64,000 bases of DNA from a virus (IMGVR_UViG_3300045988_109366:32001-96000); one strand, 5' to 3'; shown: positions 27,480-38,154, counted from the first letter of the stretch. Made by a program: numbers and translations. Notes: a model not told the origin generated them from the sequence alone.

Positions 27480-28936
27480 AATCTGTTGTTTTTGATTAAA
27501 AAATCTATGTATTCTTTTATATCCTTGTTCCTATCATTATCCCAGTCAAATGTCTTGTTTATGAATTTGAAGTACGATACTGGGATCGAATGCAACATCC
27601 ATCCACAATATTTCCCGAATGCCATTACCGTAGAGCCAAGGGGATGGGGCGGTCTACCCGGGATAGGAGCTGCGGTTACGCCCTGCGCCAGCCCCCTCCT
27701 TCGGTCTTTCTTGGCGGCTTTGATATCCAGATCTGTTTTCGTTACCTTATCCCCCATCGGGATATTAGTGATTAGTTTATCGTCGATAAACATCCCCCAT
27801 CCATATCCTTTGTAGTTCTCTATGCTAAGACCCCGTATATCGCCGAATCTCGAAGAGTTATCGCAGCAGTCAACCACCATCGCACTATCCTTTCCATCCT
27901 TGATTCTCACGGCTCTACCAATGGCTTGGTACCATGTAGAGAACGAGAACGTAGGTCTGCCGAATACCACACAGTCCAGTCCGGGATGATCGAATCCGGT
28001 TCCGAGGGCGGAATAGTTGAACACCACCTGCGTCCCACCTGACTTGAACCTCTCGACTATAGCCTCCCGCTGCCTCTTTGGCGCGCCTCCGTGAACTACC
28101 TCCGCCATGCCAGCGCATATCTTGGCGTTCATCCATTCGGCGGCCGTATTGCAGCTCTCAACAGAATCCATAAACACCAGTATAGATCTGCATACGTCTT
28201 TTAATACCATCAACCGACGTAAAATAAGGTTGTTTAAGCCGTTTTTTCTCACCGCCTCACTAATAGACTCGGCCGTATATTCGGAGCCGTTAGAATTAAG
28301 TTTAAGGGCATCTCCATTGAAATCCCATGTCTCATATTTAAGAGGTGTCCAAAATCCTTGCCTTATCATCTCCTCCACCTGTATGACATGGATTAGGTTC
28401 TTGAAATATACCGGTCTCATACGAGTGATGAAATTAAGCCGGGAATATGACACCTTCCCTATCGACATCGTTTTAAGCCTGCATGGTGTAGCGGTAAACC
28501 CTATCACCTTTCTCGGCTTCAGCTCATTCATGAATGTCATGAACTCACTGCCGTCCTCAGGACTGTATCCGGCATGAGCCTCATCTATCAACACGTTCCT
28601 GATTCCCATCTCTTTAAGCTTATCAACAACCTTCTTGACAGATCCCATAGTGGCGTATATCATGTTGGATAGCTCTTTCTTACCACATGAGGCGGAGTAG
28701 ATGGTTGCCGGTATCCCGTAAGATGTGATCTTGTCGTGGTTTTGTATTAGTAATTCGCGAGACGGCTGGAGAACCAGCGTCTTATCTCCCATCAATCTAG
28801 CCGCTTCTGCTATGAGGATCGATTTACCGCAACCTACAGGCCCTACGATCAATACCGGATCATGTCTATCAGAGTTTATGTAATCAGAGATGCTTTTAAC
28901 GCAATCCTCTTGATATGGTCTTAGTTTATATATCAT
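27476..28936 (-). CDS. SF2 DEAH-box DNA helicase
   Basis: Walker A GPVGCGKS, motif II LIDEAH, motif III FTATP, motif VI QAIGRAVR. Confidence 0.85.
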   Translation of the reverse strand: MIYKLRPYQEDCVKSISDYINSDRHDPVLIVGPVGCGKSILIAEAARLMGDKTLVLQPSRELLIQNHDKITSYGIPATIYSASCGKKELSNMIYATMGSVKKVVDKLKEMGIRNVLIDEAHAGYSPEDGSEFMTFMNELKPRKVIGFTATPCRLKTMSIGKVSYSRLNFITRMRPVYFKNLIHVIQVEEMIRQGFWTPLKYETWDFNGDALKLNSNGSEYTAESISEAVRKNGLNNLILRRLMVLKDVCRSILVFMDSVESCNTAAEWMNAKICAGMAEVVHGGAPKRQREAIVERFKSGGTQVVFNYSALGTGFDHPGLDCVVFGRPTFSFSTWYQAIGRAVRIKDGKDSAMVVDCCDNSSRFGDIRGLSIENYKGYGWGMFIDDKLITNIPMGDKVTKTDLDIKAAKKDRRRGLAQGVTAAPIPGRPPHPLGSTVMAFGKYCGWMLHSIPVSYFKFINKTFDWDNDRNKDIKEYIDFLIKNNRL

Positions 28937-29697
28937 TTGGATTTATAGTTATCAAAAACAGCCTTTACGTATTTTAATTTCACTGGGCATTCACGACCAT
29001 CGTCCATTTTCACCGTTAAAGTTTCCTTGGTCTTGCTTATGGCTATCACCTCTCCTACTCCTATCTGGGTATGGACTATATCGCCTAGCTTTATATTACA
29101 TTTGATCATGGTCAAGCTTTTATTAAATTCCTCTATCTTGCTCCTGTCTGTCTCCTTGGTCATCTTAGCCTCTTCCTTAAACATATCATACCCTTCCCGG
29201 ATATTGTCGCCAACCATATTCTCTATCATCTCCCTTAGCTCATCGCTTCTTACGGCAAAAGATATCTGGAACGATTTACTTGTGCCTTTCATCAGGTAAT
29301 CAATCTCCTTCTTACATTCTGCCATTAACCGATCCAGATTATCAAACTTAACGAACTTGGAGTTGCCATTGGCTTTTCTTACCCCATCCTTGAAATCCTC
29401 CAATATCCCGTTAAATACATCCGCCATACACATCATGGAATGTAGCCATACCAGCATATTGAATTTATATTCATTATCAGCATTATTCATCAAGCCTGTC
29501 AAAGACTCACTTTTTGTCAACATGATTTTAGATTCTCGATCTACGATATCCTTTATCTCTTGCCGGTATTTCATGGCGCCAACGAAATCCATCTTAGAAT
29601 AACATTCATTTGATTTCTCTACCAATTTCCTGATATCCTTTCTAGACATCAGAAGATCCAATACCTGTTTTTCTCTTTCGTTTTTATCCATAATCAT
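28933..29697 (-). CDS. hypothetical protein
   Basis: 254-codon ORF with a 4-nt overlap to the helicase gene. Confidence 0.6.
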   Translation of the reverse strand: MIMDKNEREKQVLDLLMSRKDIRKLVEKSNECYSKMDFVGAMKYRQEIKDIVDRESKIMLTKSESLTGLMNNADNEYKFNMLVWLHSMMCMADVFNGILEDFKDGVRKANGNSKFVKFDNLDRLMAECKKEIDYLMKGTSKSFQISFAVRSDELREMIENMVGDNIREGYDMFKEEAKMTKETDRSKIEEFNKSLTMIKCNIKLGDIVHTQIGVGEVIAISKTKETLTVKMDDGRECPVKLKYVKAVFDNYKSK

Positions 29698-29710
29698 TTA
29701 TTTATTGACA

Positions 29711-29718
29711 CAAATATA
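29711..29718 (-). promoter_or_regulatory. -7 promoter box TATATTTG (minus strand)
   Basis: TAnnTTTG match 13 nt upstream of ATG 29697, directly after the terminator hairpin. Confidence 0.4.
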
Positions 29719-29721
29719 ATT

Positions 29722-29747
29722 AAAGCCTAGATATTTACCTAGGCTTT
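29722..29747. terminator. hairpin terminator
   Basis: Stem AAAGCCTAG / CTAGGCTTT with T/A runs on both sides. Confidence 0.6.
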
Positions 29748-29756
29748 TTAATAAAG

Positions 29757-30782
29757 TTAATCTTTTTTATTCTTTCTTTTTGACTCATCCCAATCCGATG
29801 AATACCTACATGTGTTTTGTTTGTGGATTGAGAAATCGCACCAAAAACACAAGGGCTTGGGGCGGGGTTCAAGGCAGGCCGGCTGGCGTCCCATGAGGTA
29901 GCGCTTCTCGTACTTATACCCCTGTTTGGCGTCGTCCCAAACGTGAGCTTGATAGCTATCTATTTTATTTGTCTCGAAATCATACATGTCAAGGAGAATA
30001 TCGTTAAGCTCCTTGACCGATCTCTCTACTTTCTCCTTATCTACCTTCACGTTCTGATTGTCCAGCATGCGGGTAAAGAAATAGCTGCACATATCCGGCA
30101 ATACCTTGTACTTTCTCAGTATGTAGAAGGCGTATATCGGATGCTGGAGATTGTGAAGCAGCTTATCCTCATCGAATAACTTTCTCCCGGACTTCCAGTC
30201 TATCGTATACATGGCTATCCTGTCTTTTGTCTTATACTCTCCACGCCAGTCCACCGATCCTATGATATGTACCTTATCGTACGTCACGCCATCCAAAGTA
30301 AGGGGCTTGGGTAGCTTATAGGGCAGGACGAAGTCCTCCTCCACGCCGGCCGGTCTCGACCCCCGGATCACCTTCTCCATTGGCGTAAGATCCGACCACA
30401 TTTTCTTATAGTTGCCAGCAGCATCCTTCTCAAACAACCCCACAATCCATCTTATTAACCTAGCCGCATGTTGCATGGACTCGATCTGAGATTTTACGCT
30501 ATCAAAAGGTATCTTCTCTATATCGGCGTAATAGTTAAATGCCTTACTCATGTCCTCATAAGAAGGTCTGCATCCGTTCTTGAAGAAATACTCCATCGTC
30601 TGGTGGATAACCGTACCATATGACGTAGCCTCATGCTTCTCCGTGGATCTGTGACCCTCCACGTAAGTCTTATACCACTTATACGGACACTGAACAAACG
30701 TGTCTATCTGTGAGTAGGATGCGGCAAGCACCTTCTCACCGCCTATCGTCTTGCATAGCAAGTTATTCTCCGGAACGATCAT
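29757..30782 (-). CDS. PD-(D/E)XK nuclease, RecB/Cas4-like with Cys cluster
   Basis: N-terminal QCPYKWY, core GSVDW...TIDWKSGRK, QHPIYAFY, C-terminal CFWCDF...C. Confidence 0.65.
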   Translation of the reverse strand: MIVPENNLLCKTIGGEKVLAASYSQIDTFVQCPYKWYKTYVEGHRSTEKHEATSYGTVIHQTMEYFFKNGCRPSYEDMSKAFNYYADIEKIPFDSVKSQIESMQHAARLIRWIVGLFEKDAAGNYKKMWSDLTPMEKVIRGSRPAGVEEDFVLPYKLPKPLTLDGVTYDKVHIIGSVDWRGEYKTKDRIAMYTIDWKSGRKLFDEDKLLHNLQHPIYAFYILRKYKVLPDMCSYFFTRMLDNQNVKVDKEKVERSVKELNDILLDMYDFETNKIDSYQAHVWDDAKQGYKYEKRYLMGRQPACLEPRPKPLCFWCDFSIHKQNTCRYSSDWDESKRKNKKD

Positions 30783-31224
30783 AAAGCCTCTCCGTATTTA
30801 TGTCACGCTCATATAAATCCATCGAAATATTCTGTAGGTTATGCAAATACCTTATCTGGATAAGCTCGCTCAGGTTATCCTCCATATCCCTAAGTCCGAG
30901 ATAATACTCGTCGTCAAAAACCTCCATGGTCATCCCGTGTCCACGATATACGTCCCTATTCTTGTCACTCTTGAAACCGATAGCGTCAAGAAGGTTATCG
31001 TCTATCTCAATAGGCATGACATCATCTTCCCCTGAATACCATTTCATTATCCCATCATCAACCTCACGTTCAAGGATTAATGATCCACTTTCATTACGCA
31101 TACCGGTAACGCACCCTACTCTCCATATATCACCAGCTTTGTCTTTTACAAGATTGCCCGGTCTTAACTCCTTAACTGAAATCATATTCTTCCTCCTCAT
31201 GATCGTCATCACAATCATCGACAA
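30763..31224 (-). CDS. hypothetical protein
   Basis: 153-codon ORF. Confidence 0.55.
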   Translation of the reverse strand: MSMIVMTIMRRKNMISVKELRPGNLVKDKAGDIWRVGCVTGMRNESGSLILEREVDDGIMKWYSGEDDVMPIEIDDNLLDAIGFKSDKNRDVYRGHGMTMEVFDDEYYLGLRDMEDNLSELIQIRYLHNLQNISMDLYERDINTERLYDRSGE

Positions 31225-31270
31225 GAGGGGTCTCTAGCCCCTCTTCCCAATCATCATATCCGAAATCCAT

Positions 31271-31546
31271 TTATTTGTCTTTTAGATAATCATACAACAT
31301 ACCCATAAGCTCTCCTACCGTCAATTCGTGATAAGGCTTGACGTCAAGTGCCTCATCGGGTATACATTTACCCGTTTTCTTTTCCACTTCCATTATGACT
31401 TCTATAAAATCAAAGGGATCCATAGCCATATCCGTATCCAGCTTATACTCGTTCTTTATCTGAGCGGCATGATCAAGACCATTAAATTCACCCATCTTCT
31501 CGAATATCGCCTCCTTGACTACTTTTTCAACTTCTTTTCTTTCCAT
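31271..31546 (-). CDS. acyl-carrier-protein-like protein lacking the phosphopantetheine serine
   Basis: LDTDMAMDPFDFIEVIMEVEKKTGKCIPDEAL...TVGEL aligns with the ACP helix II region, but DSLD is replaced by DPFD. Confidence 0.45.
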   Translation of the reverse strand: MERKEVEKVVKEAIFEKMGEFNGLDHAAQIKNEYKLDTDMAMDPFDFIEVIMEVEKKTGKCIPDEALDVKPYHELTVGELMGMLYDYLKDK

Positions 31547-31547
31547 A

Positions 31548-32246
31548 CTAAATCGACATTTTCAATCTTCTACCTAATTCTTTTTTTATATCCGATATCC
31601 TTTCGATATCCATCTTAACATCGCCTGTGATAGCGTATTCCTTATCCATTCTCTTTGGGGGATCCGGAAGCCGGCTTATGGCGAACAACCATGCCAGCTC
31701 CTTGTTCTTGTTCTCCCTAAGATACAAGTCAGACGTCATGCCATACATTTTTATGATCGTATCGAATAACGTTGATTCCGATAAACTCATATGCACGCTA
31801 TACACATTTGATGGTTTCCAGATCAAGTTATCCAATCTCATCGTATACTCACGTTTAAGATCTATGTGGGATATTACGGCCCTTACTATAGGTTCTTCCT
31901 TGAAGTTGGTGTTAGCCACAAACCAGATAAGCCTTTTTTCCACCTCCTTGATAGCTCCTGTATCCTTACCCGTATCGTTATATACCCCAACGATACGGTC
32001 CCGGATCCCCTCGACCTCCGGTGTCAGACCGGGTGTCTCTATCAGCATCAGCAGCGATCCTCCCCTTGGCGTTATCTTCCACTTCCCATTCTTCTGAAGC
32101 TCAATATAACCAGATGCTTTATAACTATCTATTTTCTCCTTTGGAATGGTGTTAGCCATCTCTTCTTTTTGCCGGATCATCAAAAGATATCCAACATCAG
32201 ACATCGTTAATCCTGATGTCATCATCTGTTCAAAATTTATATACAT
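31548..32246 (-). CDS. hypothetical protein
   Basis: 232-codon ORF in the replication module. Confidence 0.6.
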   Translation of the reverse strand: MYINFEQMMTSGLTMSDVGYLLMIRQKEEMANTIPKEKIDSYKASGYIELQKNGKWKITPRGGSLLMLIETPGLTPEVEGIRDRIVGVYNDTGKDTGAIKEVEKRLIWFVANTNFKEEPIVRAVISHIDLKREYTMRLDNLIWKPSNVYSVHMSLSESTLFDTIIKMYGMTSDLYLRENKNKELAWLFAISRLPDPPKRMDKEYAITGDVKMDIERISDIKKELGRRLKMSI

Positions 32247-32257
32247 ATGTAAATAAG

Positions 32258-32596
32258 TTAAAATATTGACCTAATCTTTCTGGCTACCCTCTCGACTATA
32301 TCGGGATGATCATTTCCGTTATATATATCTATTAGCGTATCTATTATATGTAACCTTATGTTTTTCTTTGATGAATGAAACCAAAAATCTCCATTTTTTC
32401 TGTTTACAGGTTTGAATATCTTCAGTTCTGGTATAAGATAACACGCCACACATGATCTTTCAGCAAGTGATAATTCAACCGCTGTCCTTTCTATTGCTAT
32501 GCATATAAACGCATAATTATCATTCTTTATTAGATTGTAAGCTCTTCTCAACACCCTAAGGGCGTCTGCTTTCGATAATCTCTTTCCCTTTTTCAT
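32258..32596 (-). CDS. hypothetical protein
   Basis: 112-codon ORF. Confidence 0.55.
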   Translation of the reverse strand: MKKGKRLSKADALRVLRRAYNLIKNDNYAFICIAIERTAVELSLAERSCVACYLIPELKIFKPVNRKNGDFWFHSSKKNIRLHIIDTLIDIYNGNDHPDIVERVARKIRSIF

Positions 32597-33197
32597 ATTG
32601 TTTTACTGTATAAGATTCATTAGCCATACCAACCCTACCAACTGATATAGATTGATTTATAGATTGGTTAAGATGCCCTACAACCGACATCTTAGCCCTA
32701 ACCGTATTGGCGCATCTTAGAAGGATTCGATAATCCTCTAACGCCCTCTCGTATCTTACGTCCACCCTAGCCCTTTTATCGGCGTCAGTCATGCTCTTGC
32801 ATGTCCCGTCCTCCCTCAAACTTATAGCTATCTTATCCCGTATGATCCTGATATCATCCTCGGCTATCACCAGCTCGGCGTCAAGAACGCCCTTGTAAGA
32901 GCTAAGAAGATCCTCTACCGCCACTACCTCCCGCTTCAAGTTCTCCAATTCCAATACCATTGAGTTATCGTTCATTCTTTTATACTCCTGTACTTTATTG
33001 GATACCTCATCACAGATGCTCATGATCTCCTTCTCCCTGTCCCGGTTTATGATATACCTGATACTGTATTCGGCCATTTCCTTTAATGAGGATATGATCT
33101 CTCGTATGCCCATCTTGTTTTCGGTGGAGAAATTGGCTTTTAATAACATCTCCATCCCTTTTATGATGACAAGCAAAAAATTTTTTCTCAATCTCAT
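32556..33197 (-). CDS. hypothetical coiled-coil protein (start uncertain)
   Basis: 213-codon ORF with several in-frame ATGs near the 5' end. Confidence 0.5.
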   Translation of the reverse strand: MRLRKNFLLVIIKGMEMLLKANFSTENKMGIREIISSLKEMAEYSIRYIINRDREKEIMSICDEVSNKVQEYKRMNDNSMVLELENLKREVVAVEDLLSSYKGVLDAELVIAEDDIRIIRDKIAISLREDGTCKSMTDADKRARVDVRYERALEDYRILLRCANTVRAKMSVVGHLNQSINQSISVGRVGMANESYTVKQYEKGKEIIESRRP

Positions 33198-33199
33198 GC

Positions 33200-34342
33200 T
33201 TAATAAGGTGTTTCGTCATGTACTACATTGAAATCATCACTGGGCGGTATATATTGTTGCTCCAACGGGATACTGGGAGGCGGGGGCGGTAGCGTCACCA
33301 CAGTCGTGTCCGGCTTGCCGCTACCCACTGGGGCGTCCGAGCCTCCCGGTCTTTCTTGGCGCACCACCCCTCCATCAGGATAATATCGCTCATATCCTTT
33401 CATGATATCTACATGTATAGCGTCAATCTCCTCCAATGATCTTTGACGGACCTTTACGATATGATGGAACAATAACCCATCCACACGGAAGGATCGTCTT
33501 GACTCGCTCTTGAAACGTTCCAGATTAGGATACCATCCTTGCGGAAATTGCATGTATGAGGAGTACCCGTATCTTTTCGGTATATTTAACGCTACCATAG
33601 CCGTACATAACTGTCCCAATGTATCTGATTGATAAAAATCAGATTGCTTTGGCATATGATCCTTTGGATCCCGCCGTCCTTCGATATCACGATTGAGTTG
33701 GGATATTATAAGAAAGAAAATATTAGGAAAAGTTCTTTTAGCGATATTACACATGGTTATCAACGAGTCGATATTTCTTTTGGCGTCTCCTGAACCTTGT
33801 ACTAGAGCCGTATGATCTATAGACACGAATACCATTTTCTTATCCTTGTTTATTGGCATATACTCATTCCATATAAAGTTTTGAAGCTCATCTACGGTTG
33901 ATGGTTTAGGGATGTATGTTATTCTGCTAGAGTTCTCTTCCTTGAGGCATCTCTGCATTTCTTTTACCTCATCTTCTGACATCTCGTTAAGGAGTATATC
34001 TTGTATGTCTTTCCCCATTTTTTTTGATAGTGAACGTAACATCAAATCTTCTGGGTTCATCTCAAACTCACATCTTAACCATACATAATCATCTGCCTGT
34101 GGATTGATATTGACATTCATCACATTGCTCATGATTTTTTGCGCCAGATAAGATTTGCCAACTCCGGGTCTAGCGCCTATAGCCACCGCATGTTGTGGGT
34201 AGAACCCGCCCAGTAACGCCTTGTCAAGATAAGCGTATCCAGTACGAGCCGGGAGAAGCTCTCCCGACTGATACTTTCTTATCCTCTCATAGGCATCCAT
34301 GATAATCTCCTTGGATGACCTCCATATCCTATCCTCACTCAT
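33200..34342 (-). CDS. DnaB-like replicative helicase (RecA-fold C-terminal domain)
   Basis: Walker A GARPGVGKS, Walker B FVSIDH, SQLNRDIEGRRD motif. Confidence 0.8.
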   Translation of the reverse strand: MSEDRIWRSSKEIIMDAYERIRKYQSGELLPARTGYAYLDKALLGGFYPQHAVAIGARPGVGKSYLAQKIMSNVMNVNINPQADDYVWLRCEFEMNPEDLMLRSLSKKMGKDIQDILLNEMSEDEVKEMQRCLKEENSSRITYIPKPSTVDELQNFIWNEYMPINKDKKMVFVSIDHTALVQGSGDAKRNIDSLITMCNIAKRTFPNIFFLIISQLNRDIEGRRDPKDHMPKQSDFYQSDTLGQLCTAMVALNIPKRYGYSSYMQFPQGWYPNLERFKSESRRSFRVDGLLFHHIVKVRQRSLEEIDAIHVDIMKGYERYYPDGGVVRQERPGGSDAPVGSGKPDTTVVTLPPPPPSIPLEQQYIPPSDDFNVVHDETPY

Positions 34343-34635
34343 CCTCGTGCGTTTCTATCGCCAGCCGTATCGGATTTAGATCCTCTGTTAGCTGATCTTG
34401 ATTTATATCTTAATCCCTTAGCCGTATGGCATAGATCCTTCCCCTTCCGATAAGCCTTACCCTTCAGCTTATCGGTCTTGTAATTCTTACGACCCAACTC
34501 CCGTCTCTTGGCTTTCTGCTCAGGTCTGGCGTTGATCTTCTTGTCCGTCTCAGCCTTCTTTCTTCTGGCCTCCGGATGTGTCCTATAATATTCAGTCGAT
34601 TTCCCCATCCTCTTCGTCCTCCTCATCATAATCAT
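34339..34635 (-). CDS. small highly basic protein
   Basis: 98 aa, rich in K/R. 4-nt overlap with the helicase gene. Confidence 0.5.
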   Translation of the reverse strand: MIMMRRTKRMGKSTEYYRTHPEARRKKAETDKKINARPEQKAKRRELGRKNYKTDKLKGKAYRKGKDLCHTAKGLRYKSRSANRGSKSDTAGDRNARG

Positions 34636-34900
34636 AATTCTCTACGATAATATCCTCTCCATCCAGATACGAGGCTTTATCCCCGAGTCTATCTCTCATG
34701 CTCTTATAAGGATCGTCTCCATCCTTTATCTCCCACACACATAAGTGCGGACCTATTATATCAATCAGCATATTAGCCTTATCCTCGCTTATGCCTTTTT
34801 CTATCATCTTATCTCTGCATTTGTAAAAACCACATGTCTTGTTAAATACTGATCCTCCTACATAATATCCAGTAGGCTTATGAATAAAAATTACTTTCAT
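34592..34900 (-). CDS. hypothetical protein
   Basis: 102-codon ORF with an acidic C-terminus. Confidence 0.5.
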   Translation of the reverse strand: MKVIFIHKPTGYYVGGSVFNKTCGFYKCRDKMIEKGISEDKANMLIDIIGPHLCVWEIKDGDDPYKSMRDRLGDKASYLDGEDIIVENYDYDEEDEEDGEID

Positions 34901-34930
34901 CTTTTATACAATTAATATTATCTATCAAAT

Positions 34931-35488
34931 TTATTTATCTTCCTTTATACAGTCTCCATAACTCATATCCATATCACACACCACCGTATCGGTCGTGTCG
35001 TTTACCACATGGAACAGGAACTCCGGACATCCGTGGCAGGCGTTGCTCCCGATCGCCACCGCTCCGTGCCTAGGGCAAGCCTTCTTTACCATGGTTCTAT
35101 CATATATCCGTATATGATTATCGCCATACTTTTCAATATATCTCATGGTATTAAGCAGTGATGGCAAAGACATCTTATATGGGGATACATGTTCTATTGG
35201 TATATCCAATTCACCAGATAGGCTTTTGTAAATATCCTGCACATCCCGTTTTGTTCTATACGCAAATATATTAATCTCAGTCATTGCCATATCCATACTC
35301 CTAAGAAGATCCGGCTTAGCCAGCCTCCCCATCGGCTTCCCAAAAGGATCGGATCTCATCCAAGCCCCACACTTCTCGCACCCAACTTGCTTCCCCTCTA
35401 CCGTATTTATCATAGTGGATGGGTTCTTGCAATACGGGCATACGGATCCGTTTAACATAGCTTTCTGGGCTAAAGACAGTTCTTTCAT
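34931..35488 (-). CDS. hypothetical zinc-finger protein
   Basis: CPYC...CEKC and further Cys/His pairs. Confidence 0.55.
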   Translation of the reverse strand: MKELSLAQKAMLNGSVCPYCKNPSTMINTVEGKQVGCEKCGAWMRSDPFGKPMGRLAKPDLLRSMDMAMTEINIFAYRTKRDVQDIYKSLSGELDIPIEHVSPYKMSLPSLLNTMRYIEKYGDNHIRIYDRTMVKKACPRHGAVAIGSNACHGCPEFLFHVVNDTTDTVVCDMDMSYGDCIKEDK

Positions 35489-35772
35489 ACCTTTTCTTCT
35501 ATCTCAACATTAAATAGATTGCAGAATCTATCAAAATTTCTGTTCTCTATTCTCATATCCTCCTCATACCTGTCAACCGATTTGATGAAATCATTATAAC
35601 AGTCCTCGCACATCCATTGATTGATTACCGCTACATAATAGCCCACGGACGTAGGTCTGTTACACATATCGCAAATACCTAAGCACCCATATCTGGTGAG
35701 CTTATCCATCATCTCCTGTCTTGTTATTTCAAGCACCTTGAATTTCTTGTAATTGTTAACTACCTTTGCCAT
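35485..35772 (-). CDS. hypothetical zinc-finger protein
   Basis: CDMC...CEDC. Confidence 0.5.
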   Translation of the reverse strand: MAKVVNNYKKFKVLEITRQEMMDKLTRYGCLGICDMCNRPTSVGYYVAVINQWMCEDCYNDFIKSVDRYEEDMRIENRNFDRFCNLFNVEIEEKV

Positions 35773-36712
35773 TGTAAATTTGTTTAATAATAAAATAATC
35801 CGCTATATCCATTCCCTCATTTATATTGGGTTTTGATTCTAGAAAATTACTTATCTCTATATTCATCCCCCTCATATCCTTGTCTACCTTCTTTCTCCAT
35901 TCGTTGAAAGCGTCGCCTTTATCAGGGTACAGGACTATCCGCCTCCTACCCAATGTCTCTATCATCTCCCTCTTCAACATATGGATACCGCCACAGGCCA
36001 TAAACAACCTACTAGGGTACACAATATTGCAGATAACAGCCGTCTTCTCTGACTCTACTATATACACCGGAGCGTCATTGGGATAGAAGTTGATAAGAAA
36101 CTCCCCGAACAGGCATTGCCTAAGCAGGTAATCCTGACCGTCCAGTATATGCACCCAACATACATGATCCATGGGAACCTTTACCCTCTTCCCGTCAGGC
36201 CCGTAGTCCATTATCTTCCCGGTCCGCACTACCCAATTCTTATCCAGTTGCCAGAACACACAGCACTTACCCCAGTCCCCTAATCTCATCATCCCCACCT
36301 TATACAAGCTAAATGCCCTATTGGTATGATACGACCCGAAGATATTGGATAGATAATCCTGAAGATCGGATGTCTCGAAAGGATTAAGCGTCTCAAACAT
36401 CTTGCTTACCGGAATGCAGTTGGCTATATCCGGATCCATAGGAGGTCTGTACCTCCTTAATACTTTGTTTGAATCGGTAAAAAGATCATTGTTCCCAAGT
36501 TCGCTCCCTGTTGGATATTTAAAGTAACCACATTTATTTTTATGATCACACATCCCAAACTGCTCTCCAACGATCTGACCGGTGGTTACGTCCACGTACG
36601 GCGTAAAACACTTATCCTTGCCGCATTGCGGGCACGTCAGCTTCCTTCTTGGCTTGCTATGATCCAGCTCATACCGATGAACGCTCTTATTGAACTCCCT
36701 AAATTCCATCAT
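35756..36712 (-). CDS. DNA primase (zinc-binding plus Toprim)
   Basis: CPQCGK..C zinc motif. Toprim E in VESEKTA and DxD-like YPDKGD. Confidence 0.65.
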   Translation of the reverse strand: MMEFREFNKSVHRYELDHSKPRRKLTCPQCGKDKCFTPYVDVTTGQIVGEQFGMCDHKNKCGYFKYPTGSELGNNDLFTDSNKVLRRYRPPMDPDIANCIPVSKMFETLNPFETSDLQDYLSNIFGSYHTNRAFSLYKVGMMRLGDWGKCCVFWQLDKNWVVRTGKIMDYGPDGKRVKVPMDHVCWVHILDGQDYLLRQCLFGEFLINFYPNDAPVYIVESEKTAVICNIVYPSRLFMACGGIHMLKREMIETLGRRRIVLYPDKGDAFNEWRKKVDKDMRGMNIEISNFLESKPNINEGMDIADYFIIKQIYNGKGS

Positions 36713-38154
36713 CCTCTCCTCTCACTCATCACTCTATATATATAATCTCTCAGCGACTCTTTTCTTATCAAACCATTCAACTCAAAATCACCCTCTATAT
36801 CTAAAGACCCGATCCTTGACGTAACCGTATAATTGGTTTTCTCAAACTTATACTTACCTTGAAGATATACAACCGTAGCCATATTAAGTATAGGATTATC
36901 GGTTTGTCTCTTCAACTTATATTGACTTGTCTTAGCGGTAGGATCACCCGGAGCGAAGTTGTATATCTCCTCTATCTCCAATATCTTTCCGTAGTTCTCC
37001 AGTATCATTCTTCTATATAGCTCAAGTTGGAAAGCATACTCGTCATAGAAATTGCCTTTCCTGTTTGATTTGAAGTCCAATATAGCGAATATCCTCCTGC
37101 ATCTCTTTATCTTCTTTTTCTCCGTCTTAGGCTGACCTTTCTCGGCTCCCACCTTATAAAGCTCTCCTGTCTCGACCTCTATCTCCACCATCTCCGGCTC
37201 GCTATCCATCTCCACCACGGCGTCCACCGAAGAAGCTACCTTCAATCTGCTTGACCTCAACATCTTCTCGATCAATACAGGTTTTACATGTCTTTCCTTG
37301 CAGAATATGGCAAATGATATTAGATCCTCTATCAGCTCATCAATGTTATCCACTAATATCCGCTCCATCCTATACTTGTCTATTCTCAGCTTAGCCTCCT
37401 TGACAGCCTTTCTTATCCACGTCGGGATCAGCTTTATCTTAACCCCGGTCAGATACAATCCAAATAGATAATGCATGATAGTACCTAAATCAGCCCTGTA
37501 GTTAGCGTACTCATCAGGATCCTTGCCCTTGAGCCTCATCTCATTCTTCCACTTCTCCAAGGCTCCGGACGTATCACAATACCCATTGGCGATATTGTTA
37601 GTGGCTCCATCGTATATGATAGGATACCCATCAACATCCATCTCATAATACACGCGTTTGCCGGCGACAGTCATTCTATATAACACAGGTGTCGGGATAT
37701 CCTTTATCCATTCAGCGGCATAATACTGTTGCTCTGTCTCCAGATCATACTCAACTTCCATCTCCTCCTTAGGCTCGTTTTTAGGCTCTTCAGCAGGCTT
37801 TTCCTCCTCATCCATATCTTTCTTTGGGATCGTTGACAAAACGTCTAATATGCCAAAGAAAGCGGTAAATTTAGGATCTGTATGATATGATCTTAATACT
37901 GGTAATGATGATCGCCAATAATATGACGACGCATTCTCGTCCTTTATCTTGCCTAAAATCTTGCCTAAAGCCGAACATCCTATCTCTCCATCATCCGCAA
38001 TAGCCACATTGTGTCTCTCGGATAAACGGACTCTCATGTCATCAAACGGCTCTTGATCGCTTATGACTTCTATGATCGTCCCATAACTATATACTGTGTC
38101 ACTTATAGCCTTATATCCTAGGTCTAAAAGTAATCTTTGTTTTCTTCTATCCAT
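36709..38154 (-). CDS. PD-(D/E)XK-family nuclease-like protein
   Basis: C-terminal ILDFKSN...EYAFQLELYRRM resembles the D..(D/E)xK..QxxxY exonuclease core. Confidence 0.45.
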   Translation of the reverse strand: MDRRKQRLLLDLGYKAISDTVYSYGTIIEVISDQEPFDDMRVRLSERHNVAIADDGEIGCSALGKILGKIKDENASSYYWRSSLPVLRSYHTDPKFTAFFGILDVLSTIPKKDMDEEEKPAEEPKNEPKEEMEVEYDLETEQQYYAAEWIKDIPTPVLYRMTVAGKRVYYEMDVDGYPIIYDGATNNIANGYCDTSGALEKWKNEMRLKGKDPDEYANYRADLGTIMHYLFGLYLTGVKIKLIPTWIRKAVKEAKLRIDKYRMERILVDNIDELIEDLISFAIFCKERHVKPVLIEKMLRSSRLKVASSVDAVVEMDSEPEMVEIEVETGELYKVGAEKGQPKTEKKKIKRCRRIFAILDFKSNRKGNFYDEYAFQLELYRRMILENYGKILEIEEIYNFAPGDPTAKTSQYKLKRQTDNPILNMATVVYLQGKYKFEKTNYTVTSRIGSLDIEGDFELNGLIRKESLRDYIYRVMSERRG

